Shown: positions 45,144-55,004 of the stretch, piece after piece | Numbering within the stretch: position 1 is the stretch's first letter | How the letters are laid out: each line of letters opens with the position of its first letter | From: a virus | IMG/VR virus record: IMGVR_UViG_3300025121_000045 | Span: 8,825 to 72,824 of that record | DNA: 64,000 nt | Direction: 5' to 3' (one strand) | Program-made: the position numbers and the translations under genes | The notes under the pieces: generated by a model | Seen by the model: only the letters and a program-made list of their open reading frames with translations | Told to the model about the DNA's origin: nothing | Database searches by the model: none

Positions 45144-46074
45144 TATGTGTCATATAAAATTACTTCGTCCACACCCTAAGAGGAATTTTTGTATTAACTG
45201 TTTACCTAAGGCACGTAGGGAAAGAGAACGATTACTATATGGTATAAAAGTAGTAGATCCTTTAACATGCCCTGTATGTGGTTTTATGACATCCTTTATA
45301 ACTACACAGCATATAAAAGAACACGGTTTTCTAACCCCAGAAGATTTTAAAAAAGAATTTAATTTACCATATCTTCAATCGGAATCTTTTAGAAAAGTAC
45401 AAAGTGAAAGAAATAGCAAAAATAACCCAATGATGAAAGGTCATACAAAAGAGTCTAAAGATAAAATATCTAAAAATAGAACTGGTAAAGGTATCGGAAT
45501 AGTAGGAAAATATGTAAGAACACCTGAAATAAGAGCAAAGATATCCGTTGGAGTAGCTCAAGCATATATAGAAGGCAGATTGATAACGTCTTCGTATCCA
45601 AAGGGGAATGCAGAATGGGTTAGATCTAAGAAAGCAGGACTTGTTTTTGTTAGGTCATCTTGGGAAAAACGTATATTAAAAATATTAGATTTACACCCAT
45701 ATGTTTTAGCTGTAGAATATGAGCCATGTAGAATATCATATGAGTTTGAAGGTAGGACTAAAAGCTATATTCCAGATTTTTTAGTATATTTTGATGGTAT
45801 GATAAAAGAACTATGGGAAATAAAACCTGACTATTTAATAAAAGATTCAAAAAATTTAGCTAAAACCATAGCATTAAATGAATATATTAAAAGAATGAAT
45901 TATAACGGTAGAATAGTAGATTTAGCTCAAATAGAAAATATGGAAAGAGAAGTTGGTATATTACCTTGGAATGGAAAAGGTCATTCTTGGTCAGACTTTG
46001 ATAATTCTGCTGTTAAAACACATTTAGAATATTTAAAACATTTTAATGAAGATCTTTTTGAAGGAGATTTATGA
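45127..46074 (+). CDS. free-standing homing endonuclease (Zn finger + NUMOD3-like + TnsA-like PD-(D/E)XK)
   Basis: CPVCG..HIKEH, GHTKESKDKIS, RSSWE, YIPDFLV..WEIKP; GGAG RBS before TTG. Confidence 0.8.
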   Translation: MKLICDMCHIKLLRPHPKRNFCINCLPKARRERERLLYGIKVVDPLTCPVCGFMTSFITTQHIKEHGFLTPEDFKKEFNLPYLQSESFRKVQSERNSKNNPMMKGHTKESKDKISKNRTGKGIGIVGKYVRTPEIRAKISVGVAQAYIEGRLITSSYPKGNAEWVRSKKAGLVFVRSSWEKRILKILDLHPYVLAVEYEPCRISYEFEGRTKSYIPDFLVYFDGMIKELWEIKPDYLIKDSKNLAKTIALNEYIKRMNYNGRIVDLAQIENMEREVGILPWNGKGHSWSDFDNSAVKTHLEYLKHFNEDLFEGDL

Positions 46075-46868
46075 ATAGAGTCTATTTTGCGGTACCTACC
46101 TCTTGTCCAAAATGTGTATCAACTTTAGTGACGGACGGTGAATATCTTCGATGCGTGAATACTTCTTGCCCAGGTATTATTGCAGGCAATGTTCGAAAGT
46201 GGGTTACAAATCTAGAAATTGACTTCTTTGGTATGGCTATTATTGAGGCGATGGTAGCTACAGGAAAATTGAAGACTGTAGCGGATCTATATCGATTAAC
46301 AGAGCAAGATATAGCTGACGAGTGTGGATCGGGTAATGCACGACGGGCAGTAGCAAATCTACAAGCTAAGAGCGTTATACCTCTTCATCTTTTGTTTGGA
46401 TCTTTGAACATTACCAACTTTGGACGAAGCCTAGCTAAGCTTCTTGTCAAAGCGGGTTATGACACCGTAGATAAAATGTTAGCAGCCACCATTACGGACA
46501 TGGCTAAGGTAGAGAAGTTTGGAGTAGAACGAGCTACTCAGGTTTGGAATGGTTTACGAGAGATGGAGTCCGTGATCAGAGACCTAGAAAAACTGGTAAC
46601 AGTTCAAACAGCTACTCCTAAAGCCACGGGGGGTATTTTAGCTGGTAAGAGTTTTTGTATCACGGGTTCTTTGAGCCAGCCTAAGAAAGTATTCCAAGAT
46701 ATGATTGAAAGCAACGGAGGAGAGTATTTGGATTCTGTTAAGTCGGGGCTTACGTACCTTATTGCGGCAGATCCAACAGGTACAAGTGGTAAGCTTGACT
46801 CTGCTCGTAAGAAAGGCATTCAAGTTATTGGCGAGGATGGTTTGAAGAAATTGCTTACGGGCAATTAA
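46071..46868 (+). CDS. ligA: NAD-dependent DNA ligase part 3 (Zn finger, HhH, BRCT)
   Basis: PTSCPKC..LRCVN..CP, HhH repeats, BRCT GKSFCITGSL..GKLDSARKKG; own AAGGAG RBS; no intein. Confidence 0.9.
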   Translation: MNRVYFAVPTSCPKCVSTLVTDGEYLRCVNTSCPGIIAGNVRKWVTNLEIDFFGMAIIEAMVATGKLKTVADLYRLTEQDIADECGSGNARRAVANLQAKSVIPLHLLFGSLNITNFGRSLAKLLVKAGYDTVDKMLAATITDMAKVEKFGVERATQVWNGLREMESVIRDLEKLVTVQTATPKATGGILAGKSFCITGSLSQPKKVFQDMIESNGGEYLDSVKSGLTYLIAADPTGTSGKLDSARKKGIQVIGEDGLKKLLTGN

Positions 46869-47086
46869 TCTGACTCTTTATATAATCTTTCCGCTATGTC
46901 ATCTATTAAATATAAGACATAGCTCTTCCTAATGTCTAATTCAGCATATTTAATACCATTTTGAAGTATATCAAATATTCTGGAGTTTAAATAAGTTTTT
47001 AGACGAATTAGACGAGGGTCTTCTTCATCTAAATCTAAAGCCTGTATATTTCTACTCAATTTGTCTATTCTATCTTTTGTAGTCAT
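46865..47086 (-). CDS. hypothetical protein
   Basis: GAGGA RBS on the minus strand. Confidence 0.6.
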   Translation of the reverse strand: MTTKDRIDKLSRNIQALDLDEEDPRLIRLKTYLNSRIFDILQNGIKYAELDIRKSYVLYLIDDIAERLYKESD

Positions 47087-47181
47087 TATTAATCCTCTCG
47101 TGTACGAAATTATACTTTACTGGCTAAAGGTCACTATAACCTTTTCTTCATATCGATGAACAGTGGCTTTTAAACCAGTAG

Positions 47182-47541
47182 TCATTTTTTAGGTTTGTCT
47201 TGATAAAAAATTAATCCTACTCTATTTCGGGTACTAGAAACTACTGCTCTTACATCATCTTTTTCATAATTCATTCCAGTTTGATTAATAGTTCCAAGAG
47301 CAGGGTAGACGTTAGTTAATTTCTTAAATCCAGAAGATTCTAATTCAGAGCACACCTGTTCTAGAGTAGTCCCTGAAGGTAATTCTAAAGCCTTTGTTAT
47401 AAGATGTGGGTATTCTCCATAATTTGGCTCCTTTATAGAACCAGGGAATTTTTTAAAAAATTCATTTCTGAACTTGTCTGGAGAGGACGCAGCTTGTTTT
47501 ATGTGAGTTGCCAATGTGTTTAATCTCGTAGATAAAGTCAT
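47182..47541 (-). CDS. hypothetical protein
   Basis: 119-aa minus-strand ORF. Confidence 0.6.
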   Translation of the reverse strand: MTLSTRLNTLATHIKQAASSPDKFRNEFFKKFPGSIKEPNYGEYPHLITKALELPSGTTLEQVCSELESSGFKKLTNVYPALGTINQTGMNYEKDDVRAVVSSTRNRVGLIFYQDKPKK

Positions 47542-47598
47542 TGTCTTAGGACTTCCAATATAAGAAACGTTATATGACTATACCATTATAAAAAGATT

Positions 47599-48000
47599 GT
47601 GACGTTGAATACACAGACTAAAAGTGATTATGGAGTTCTACTACTTCTAGCCAATATGGACTCTACCTTTAAAGGACATAAGCAACAACCTTTTACAGCG
47701 GAAGATGCTTATGCGGATTTTCAAATCCCTTTTTGCCTCATATACAACGGTTTTCAAAACGGACTGGATGACCTAAAAGTCATTCTGGAGCGTAATGCAA
47801 ATTCCTTAGTTCCTTCAGACGTGCGACATGATAATGTGATTTTAACTAAATTGAAAGATGGACGTTACATTATCAAGAATGCATCCTGGAAAGAAGTTTG
47901 TAGCTACATTCCGAATGCTCAGGAAATTTTTGATAAATATTGTCCAAATCCAGAGCCGGTTAAATCTTTTTGGCAAAAACTGTTTCAGAGGTGTTTGTGA
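47599..48000 (+). CDS. hypothetical protein
   Basis: 133-aa ORF. Confidence 0.55.
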   Translation: MTLNTQTKSDYGVLLLLANMDSTFKGHKQQPFTAEDAYADFQIPFCLIYNGFQNGLDDLKVILERNANSLVPSDVRHDNVILTKLKDGRYIIKNASWKEVCSYIPNAQEIFDKYCPNPEPVKSFWQKLFQRCL

Positions 48001-48485
48001 AATACTGGTTTGACACGGAATTCATTGAAGACGGACAGACTATTGACTTAATAAGTATCGGAATTGTTTCTGAAGATGGCAGAGAGTTTTACGGAATTTC
48101 AAACGAGTTCGATGATACTAAAGCAAACAACTGGGTAATAGAAAATGTTTTCTCTCATCTTTTAGACGGATTTGAAGACCAAAAAGTATGGTATACAAGA
48201 AAAGAATTAAAGCAAGCTATTATTGAGTTCATTGGAAATGATCAAAATCCGGAATTTTGGGCATATTATGCTTCATATGACTGGGTGGCTTTATGTCAAC
48301 TCTTCGGAACTATGATGCAATTGCCTAAACATTTTCCTATGTTCTGTATGGATTTGAAGCAGCTTACCGTTATGGTAGGAAACCCAAAACTTCCGGATCA
48401 AACCTCTACAGAACATCATGCTTTAGCAGACGCTCGGTGGAATAAAGAAGCATATGATTTTTTGATGGAAAGGATGAAGAAATGA
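47997..48485 (+). CDS. DEDD 3'-5' exoribonuclease (RNase AS-like)
   Basis: YWFDTEF..LISIG, YASYDWV, HHALADARW; GAGGT RBS before GTG. Confidence 0.85.
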   Translation: MKYWFDTEFIEDGQTIDLISIGIVSEDGREFYGISNEFDDTKANNWVIENVFSHLLDGFEDQKVWYTRKELKQAIIEFIGNDQNPEFWAYYASYDWVALCQLFGTMMQLPKHFPMFCMDLKQLTVMVGNPKLPDQTSTEHHALADARWNKEAYDFLMERMKK

Positions 48486-48685
48486 AATGTCCTTGGTGTT
48501 ACGGTCAAGGTAAAAACGCTATCAATTCTTCTGCAATATGTGATCTATGTAATGGTAGAAAAGAAGTTACATTAGAGCATTGTCGAGCCGTACATGCTTC
48601 TATCAAGCTTATGAGTAGATACCTGAATCATGAAATGAGAATAAATTTAAGAGGTATTTTGAATATGCTTGAGAAAGTAATCTAA
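48482..48685 (+). CDS. small Zn-finger protein
   Basis: CPWCYGQG..CDLCNG. Confidence 0.55.
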   Translation: MKCPWCYGQGKNAINSSAICDLCNGRKEVTLEHCRAVHASIKLMSRYLNHEMRINLRGILNMLEKVI

Positions 48686-48689
48686 AATT

Positions 48690-48968
48690 ATGAAATTCTA
48701 TAAGATACGTCACAAACCTACCGGACTATTTTTTCGTCCATCACGTCACATGGATAAACGTAATTTAAGTAAGATAGGGAAAGCTTATTCCAGAAAACCT
48801 TCTCTAAGTTTTTTAGGAACGATATATGCACACCCTTATACAGGCCCCAAACCAGTTAGAACCTGGCAAATGTTGGAGATAGATTTACAGCATTATAATG
48901 GTTATGAAATGAAAATTGTTATATTAGATGAATGGGAGATTGTAGAGTACGAATCTATTCAGCAATAA
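48690..48968 (+). CDS. phage hypothetical protein
   Basis: YKIRHKPTGLF..SKIGKAY motif. Confidence 0.6.
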   Translation: MKFYKIRHKPTGLFFRPSRHMDKRNLSKIGKAYSRKPSLSFLGTIYAHPYTGPKPVRTWQMLEIDLQHYNGYEMKIVILDEWEIVEYESIQQ

Positions 48969-49017
48969 TAATCCATATGTATGCTAAGTCCTTGCACCCC
49001 TTATATATGGAGACTTT

Positions 49018-49350
49018 ATGCAGCTTAGGTTTATCCTGTTATGTGTGCTTCTTTTTATCTCTACCCCTACCTTTGCTAATAATTTTGATTTAACTTCCAA
49101 TACCTACCCAGAAACAATTCTTGTATCCTCTGCACCTACTCAAGTTGTATTATCTGACCAAATAAACATCAATACAGCTGACTTATCAACTTTAATGTTA
49201 TTTCCAGGCATTGGAAAAGTAAAAGCTCAAGCTATTATAGACTACAGGTCCAAGAATGGGTCTTTTGTTTCCTGTAATGGCTTAGATAAAGTTAAAGGTA
49301 TTGGAAAGAAAACGTTAGAAAAGATACGAGACAAATGTTCTATTAAGTAA
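49018..49350 (+). CDS. ComEA-like secreted helix-hairpin-helix DNA-binding protein
   Basis: signal peptide ending TFA; ININTA..PGIGKVKAQAIIDYR..VKGIG. Confidence 0.88.
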   Translation: MQLRFILLCVLLFISTPTFANNFDLTSNTYPETILVSSAPTQVVLSDQININTADLSTLMLFPGIGKVKAQAIIDYRSKNGSFVSCNGLDKVKGIGKKTLEKIRDKCSIK

Positions 49351-49414
49351 CTTTACCCTTCCTGTTCGTTCTTCCTTGTATCTATCTACAAACCAAATTC
49401 TCAAAGGACAGTCC

Positions 49415-51559
49415 ATGCCAGACTTTAAAGGACGTATTACTCGCATAGTATACCGAAACGAAAACTTTTGCATATTCTCAGCTAAATGTGGGGCTGAGGA
49501 AATGAAATGCAAAGGTACTTTCGTTGGCATAGAGCCACGAGAACATATGGACATCGAATTTACTGGGTCATGGCAGAGGAATGAAAAATATGGTAACACT
49601 TTAAATGTAACCGCTATAAAAGAAGTAGAGCCAAACGATGTATCCGGTATTACAAGATACCTTGAAGCAAATGTAAAAGGAGTGGGTTGGATAACCGCCA
49701 ATAGGATTGCTGAACATTTTGGAGAAAATACAGTAAAGATACTTACTGAGGATCCAAAACAGATCCATACTGTGACATTTTTGACAGACTCTCAAAAAGA
49801 CCTTATATATAGAACCCTTACTGAGAATTCTAACTATCGAGATGTAAGTGTTTTTTTGATGAGCTTTGATGTGTCTCCAAATATGGTAGAGAGTATATAC
49901 AAAAAATGGGGTAATGAAGCAATACAAATTCTAACGGAAGACCCATATGTTTTAATGGATATACGAGGAATAGGTTTTAAGAAAGCGGATGAAGTGGCTA
50001 CCCGTATGGGTATTGATCCTAGATCTCCCGTTAGAATAAAAGCCGTTATACGTTATATCCTTGAAGAAGTGGTCGGTAAAGAAGGCCATTTATTTGTTTC
50101 CTTGAAAGAACTTCAAGAACAAGCCCTAAAACTTTTAGATAGTGTATCGTCAAAAACTTTTTCTGAGTGTTTAGATGACTTGGTTTTGAAAAATACCATA
50201 GTATTAGATAATGGACGTGTTTATAGCTCCTGGAGTTACAATAATGAGACGGGTGCCGCTATGGCACTTAGTACCATGGTAGGTACTGTTTCTCGAGAGT
50301 TTGATGTAGCGTCTTTTATCGAAGAATATGAAAGAATACATTCTTCGGAACGTCCTTTCAAATTTAGTCCAGAACAAGTCCAAGCTATTTATGTTGCTCT
50401 TACCAGTAAAGTAATGGTGCTCACAGGCCTACCGGGGACTGGGAAAACTACCCTTCTCAAAGCAGTAGTAAATATGTTCGATAGGTTCACTACTAAGATA
50501 GCTTTGATGGCTCCTACTGGTATAGCGTCTAAGAAATTAAAAGAAGCTACAGGAAGACCTACTGGGACCATACATCGCATCCTTGGTTGTAAAGGGGATG
50601 GAAAATGGGATTTTCATGAGTCTAACCCTCATCCTGCAGATTTAGTGATAGTAGATGAGTTTTCTATGGTAGATATGAGTCTTTTCTATAAATTGCTTCA
50701 AGGTATTAGAGAGGATGCTACTTTGATATTAGTAGGAGATGTAGCACAATTACCGTCGGTAGGACCTGGACATGTTTTGAATGAGTTAATAGGGTCTGGA
50801 GTTGTACCCGTAGTATCTTTGTCTACCATTCATAGACAAGAGGAGGCTTCTGATATTATTCTTAATGCACATAGAATTCAAAGAGGAGAGTCTCTTATTA
50901 TAGACAACAAAGGGGACACGGATTTTAAGTTCATTCATCTTCATGATGATAATATGCTACTAGACCGTATTAGGCGTACAGCTAAATCTTTGCATGATAG
51001 AAATGTAAATTTCCAATGTTTGTCTCCCAGACATGATGGATTGCTCGGTGTAAGTAATCTTAACGAGTGTCTTAGAGATGACATAAACCCAGATGTAGGT
51101 CAAGACAGTATACCATTAGGTAAAAAGTCGTTCAGGATTGGCGATAGAGTCATGGTCACCAGGAATAGATATGAACACAAAGTATTCAATGGTGACATAG
51201 GGACTGTAATACACATAGATAGGAGAGACTGTACGATACAGTTTCAAATAGATGAAGCACCAGAACCTACAGTCTTTAAATATGGAGACGCTCAAAGTGA
51301 TTTGGTATTGGCTTACTGTATTACCTGTCACAAGAGCCAAGGATCCCAGTGGGATGTAATTTTACTTCCTATAGTCAAATCTTTTTCTATACAGCTTGTA
51401 CGTAATCTGTTTTATACAGCTATCACAAGAGCTAAAAAGAAAGTGCTTTGTTACGGTCAAATGGATGCTGCTGATAAGGCTATAAGGAACAATAGGGTAA
51501 GTAAAAGAAATACTATATTTGGAGACCGTTTAAAATCCTTATCTATTCTTAATTCATAG
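49415..51559 (+). CDS. recD2: RecD2-like SF1B helicase
   Basis: HhH GVG/GIGFKKAD, GLPGTGKT, APTG, VDEFSM, GDVAQLPSVG, TCHKSQGS, YTAITRAK. Confidence 0.93.
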   Translation: MPDFKGRITRIVYRNENFCIFSAKCGAEEMKCKGTFVGIEPREHMDIEFTGSWQRNEKYGNTLNVTAIKEVEPNDVSGITRYLEANVKGVGWITANRIAEHFGENTVKILTEDPKQIHTVTFLTDSQKDLIYRTLTENSNYRDVSVFLMSFDVSPNMVESIYKKWGNEAIQILTEDPYVLMDIRGIGFKKADEVATRMGIDPRSPVRIKAVIRYILEEVVGKEGHLFVSLKELQEQALKLLDSVSSKTFSECLDDLVLKNTIVLDNGRVYSSWSYNNETGAAMALSTMVGTVSREFDVASFIEEYERIHSSERPFKFSPEQVQAIYVALTSKVMVLTGLPGTGKTTLLKAVVNMFDRFTTKIALMAPTGIASKKLKEATGRPTGTIHRILGCKGDGKWDFHESNPHPADLVIVDEFSMVDMSLFYKLLQGIREDATLILVGDVAQLPSVGPGHVLNELIGSGVVPVVSLSTIHRQEEASDIILNAHRIQRGESLIIDNKGDTDFKFIHLHDDNMLLDRIRRTAKSLHDRNVNFQCLSPRHDGLLGVSNLNECLRDDINPDVGQDSIPLGKKSFRIGDRVMVTRNRYEHKVFNGDIGTVIHIDRRDCTIQFQIDEAPEPTVFKYGDAQSDLVLAYCITCHKSQGSQWDVILLPIVKSFSIQLVRNLFYTAITRAKKKVLCYGQMDAADKAIRNNRVSKRNTIFGDRLKSLSILNS

Positions 51560-51598
51560 AATATTAATATCTTCTCCAAAGAAGGAGGATCAATATAT

Positions 51599-51937
51599 AT
51601 GACTGCATCTACGCTTATAAAAAGCTTATCAAGAGATTTAATTTCCACACAGAAATTGTCTACGGTTTCATTTACTATTCGAGAAGGTGTTAAAGTAAAG
51701 TTAACGGATGAAAATTTTGATTGGGAGAATAATGTCAAATCTGACGAAATAACTGTTCGCAAAGATTTACATTTTGACGGAAAACATGTAATCATTGATC
51801 CAATCGGAAGTTTGTCAGATCAAGATATATTAGAGCATGATTATGCTGCCTCCCTTAAAAGGAGAGGTTTTTACGTGTTCAAAATTTATTGGAGATCTGA
51901 AAATAAATATTTGATAATAGACAAAGATGATCTGTAA
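51599..51937 (+). CDS. hypothetical protein
   Basis: GGAGG RBS. Confidence 0.6.
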   Translation: MTASTLIKSLSRDLISTQKLSTVSFTIREGVKVKLTDENFDWENNVKSDEITVRKDLHFDGKHVIIDPIGSLSDQDILEHDYAASLKRRGFYVFKIYWRSENKYLIIDKDDL

Positions 51938-52032
51938 ATCCCACCTTTAAAAAAGCTACCTCTGTCCTTTTCTAGTAGTTCCATCATTTATCAAAATAGT
52001 CCACATGGTCTTAACTAGAAAAGGACATCGCA

Positions 52033-52368
52033 ATGAAAGCAAAAGATCTTCGTAATCGAGTATTGGTCGAAAGGGTGACAGTAAGCTGTGCTCTAACATC
52101 TGGACGCAGAGGTGATGGGGAGTTCGTTTCTCTTACGGTAAAGGCGTTAGAAGGTGATTTCACGCTTGAAGAAGCGCATCTCGTACATAAGATGGTATCT
52201 CGTGAATGTACTGAAATGGCCTATATGGACGCTTTAGCCAAAGGGCACATAACAAAAGAGCAATTAGACAGGGATCTAAATAAACGCAGAGGAAATTTCG
52301 ATAAACTCATTACTGCTCTAGAACGAAAATTCTCCGAATCAGACACTCCAAAGCAATTAACCGAATAA
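52033..52368 (+). CDS. hypothetical protein
   Basis: AAGGA RBS. Confidence 0.65.
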   Translation: MKAKDLRNRVLVERVTVSCALTSGRRGDGEFVSLTVKALEGDFTLEEAHLVHKMVSRECTEMAYMDALAKGHITKEQLDRDLNKRRGNFDKLITALERKFSESDTPKQLTE

Positions 52369-52381
52369 TAAAGGAATAAAG

Positions 52382-53284
52382 ATGGACAGCAATACTTCAG
52401 AGACTGCGGTCTCTCAAGTCCCTGATTTTATATTAAACGAACAGGTAGAGACTGTATTCAAAAAATTGGATACAATGACTGTACGTCTGGAAAAAGACCC
52501 GACAGTCATGGGCCCCAGTTATGTTCATGCCAAGCTGAAAGAATGTAGAGATTTTTCAAATGACATAGAACAAATGATGGTAACTTTTCTGGACATAGAA
52601 CGAAAAGTTAAAAACATGCTCGCAACTGAAAAAGAGTCAATGAGGATACAAAGGTCTGAATTGATAGCTTTAGATGACTGGGTATTAAAAGGTAAATCCT
52701 CCTCAGATAGAGAAGCTCGAGTTGACATTAAATTAAAAGACCAAGCAGAAGTAGTGGCAGACTTACAGGAGCAATCAATAAATGTCTTGTATGTTCTTAG
52801 AGCTGTAGAACTAAAAAGAGAAGGTTTGAACAGGGTAAATAATGACATCAAGAAGCAAGTTTCTTTAATGGAATTTGCAAAAACAAATTCCTACCCACTA
52901 ATGTCAGATGACATTGAAGAAGAAACTTCGGCTAAACCAGCTTATACATTGGATGATTCTGCAGAAGATATGGAAAATCTATTCGGATCTTTACCATTAT
53001 CTGAAGAACCACCTCAAGAAATAAGCCCCAAAGCTTTAAGACATATGGACAATACTTCAACTATCGAAGAGTTTGAGAACAAAGATACAGATATAGATTC
53101 TTTTCTCACCAACTTAACCATAGAAGAAACTGATTTTTCGTCAAACCAAGAAGTAAACTCTATGGATGATGAAATAGATTCTACCTTATTCACCTTCCGG
53201 GAACCTGTAGACCAAAAGATTTCTAAAAGCTTCTCTGTAGATGAAGAAGTAGTAGATATTGGTGCTTTCTTAAGTCATTCCTAA
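52382..53284 (+). CDS. coiled-coil protein with an acidic tail (possible recombination mediator)
   Basis: helical N-half, D/E-rich C-half, upstream of SSB/RuvC/RecA. Confidence 0.5.
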   Translation: MDSNTSETAVSQVPDFILNEQVETVFKKLDTMTVRLEKDPTVMGPSYVHAKLKECRDFSNDIEQMMVTFLDIERKVKNMLATEKESMRIQRSELIALDDWVLKGKSSSDREARVDIKLKDQAEVVADLQEQSINVLYVLRAVELKREGLNRVNNDIKKQVSLMEFAKTNSYPLMSDDIEEETSAKPAYTLDDSAEDMENLFGSLPLSEEPPQEISPKALRHMDNTSTIEEFENKDTDIDSFLTNLTIEETDFSSNQEVNSMDDEIDSTLFTFREPVDQKISKSFSVDEEVVDIGAFLSHS

Positions 53285-53459
53285 AATAAAATTCGCGCAT
53301 TTAGATTAAATCTGAAAGTTGATATAGATGTTGATACTATTGCACATCAACAAACAGTCAACGACCAAAAATGTAGGCCAAAACGCACCATGACCTAAAA
53401 ATGTCCCTTGTGTGTCAAGCCTATCCTGTCAAAGACCTTTAACCTTATGGAGTAATGCA

Positions 53460-54092
53460 ATGGCTGATAATTATTATGACGAAATCGGTTTTGATGATGA
53501 TAGCGTAGGTGGTGAGAAAGTAGATAGATATAAAGGACGGAAAGGATATACAGACCGTGTAGGTTTTGTTTTTCCAACCCGTATTAAGAAGGCAAAGGTA
53601 CATTTCAAAGATAAGTACATCGTTTGTAAGAACGGTTTGTGCTGTGAGAAACTTGGACCCGCTACTTTCCGTCTAGGGTTAGTGTTAGTGCAATACGGCA
53701 CAGACAAGATGGGTATTTTAGAAAAGCCATTTCGTTATGATGTGAAACAATGGGTGTTTTCTGGTAAAAAATACGAGGACCTCCGTTCGTTGAATTCTGA
53801 GTGGCCTCTACAAGACCACGACGTGAAGATAACATGTATTGAGGAGGGCTTCCAGCAACTAAAATATGTTGCATGTAAGGATTCTGTTTGGCAGGGCAAT
53901 GATAAGCTAAAGGTTCAGATAGAGCGTGAAGCAGAAGCTGCCCTTAAGAGTCTACATCTGGCTAAAGAAATGACTCTTGATGAACTAAAAGAACATTTAG
54001 GCATTGAGAGCTCTGGTCCTTCTGACGGTTTCGATCCATCCTCAGAAGGAGAGTTTGATGATATGTTAACTGGCATGGATCTAGCCTCGTAA
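53460..54092 (+). CDS. putative single-stranded DNA-binding protein
   Basis: aromatic-rich OB-like core with H/C ligands and an acidic C-terminal tail; recombination-gene context. Confidence 0.55.
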   Translation: MADNYYDEIGFDDDSVGGEKVDRYKGRKGYTDRVGFVFPTRIKKAKVHFKDKYIVCKNGLCCEKLGPATFRLGLVLVQYGTDKMGILEKPFRYDVKQWVFSGKKYEDLRSLNSEWPLQDHDVKITCIEEGFQQLKYVACKDSVWQGNDKLKVQIEREAEAALKSLHLAKEMTLDELKEHLGIESSGPSDGFDPSSEGEFDDMLTGMDLAS

Positions 54093-54110
54093 TTGTTTCC
54101 ACACCTATTG

Positions 54111-54148
54111 ACAAGAGGCCAAGAAGACTAGTCTTCTTGGCCTCTTGT
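54111..54148. repeat. perfect 38-bp palindrome (likely terminator; cruciform-capable)
   Basis: ACAAGAGGCCAAGAAGAC-TA-GTCTTCTTGGCCTCTTGT, followed by ATTTT. Confidence 0.85.
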
Positions 54149-54164
54149 ATTTTGGAGGACTTGC

Positions 54165-55004
54165 ATGCTTTATTTGGGTCTTGATCCATCTCTATCATCT
54201 TATGGATGGAGTGTATATGATTCTAATCAAACTGGTATAGCTAAACTGGTAGAAAAAGGAAGATGGAAAACTGCTTCAACTTTAGTTGAACCCGCCAGAT
54301 ACATGCATCAAAGAGATGCGTTAAAGGCTTTAGTTCAGAAATACAAAATCACAAAAGCCGCTATGGAAACTCCTCCTGTAGGCCCCAACGGCGCTTGGAG
54401 CCAAGAGAAGCTATATGCTTTGTACGTATATAACATGGAAGTAATGTATACCGAGAAAGTAGATATAATTTTAGTAGCACCTCTCCAATTACAACTATTT
54501 GCAAAAGTATGGGGGTCTGGAACTGTATCCGGCGATTGGTTTAAGTCAGACATGCAAGAAAGGTCTAGAGTGGATCTTCTGGATCTTTATACATATCCGA
54601 AGCATAAAGATTATTATGACAATTCTCCGACCAAATTGGAAAAAATTCGAAAACTTGGTTATGAGAAAAATCCTTTCCCAATTGTAGATGTAGCTTCTTA
54701 TCCAAAAGATATTAGAAAACAACTTAAAATACAATCTGACGAGGCTGACGCATACCTTTTATCCAAGTTTGCATCTAGATTCTGGAATTTTTATGACAAA
54801 TTGATACCGGAAGAGGATTTAACCCCTTCTGAATGGGATGTCTTTGCAAAAATAAAGACTTATACAAAGGGAGATAAAAAAGGTGTAGTGGACAGAGATG
54901 GTATTATTTACAAAGAAGAAGCAAGATTCTTCCGTTTTGCAACAAGCACAAAATATAGCCCTTTAAGAGGGGACCTTATTATAACAGGAGAAAATGATGG
55001 CTAA
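54165..55004 (+). CDS. RuvC-like Holliday junction resolvase
   Basis: YLGLDPSLSSYGW, AMET, K..M, SDEADA. Confidence 0.75.
   Translation: MLYLGLDPSLSSYGWSVYDSNQTGIAKLVEKGRWKTASTLVEPARYMHQRDALKALVQKYKITKAAMETPPVGPNGAWSQEKLYALYVYNMEVMYTEKVDIILVAPLQLQLFAKVWGSGTVSGDWFKSDMQERSRVDLLDLYTYPKHKDYYDNSPTKLEKIRKLGYEKNPFPIVDVASYPKDIRKQLKIQSDEADAYLLSKFASRFWNFYDKLIPEEDLTPSEWDVFAKIKTYTKGDKKGVVDRDGIIYKEEARFFRFATSTKYSPLRGDLIITGENDG

Noticed and set aside
45100-46100. Second intein or self-splicing intron at the second ligase break
   Set aside because: There are no Cys1/HN motifs and the ORFs overlap on both sides, leaving no space for a ribozyme core
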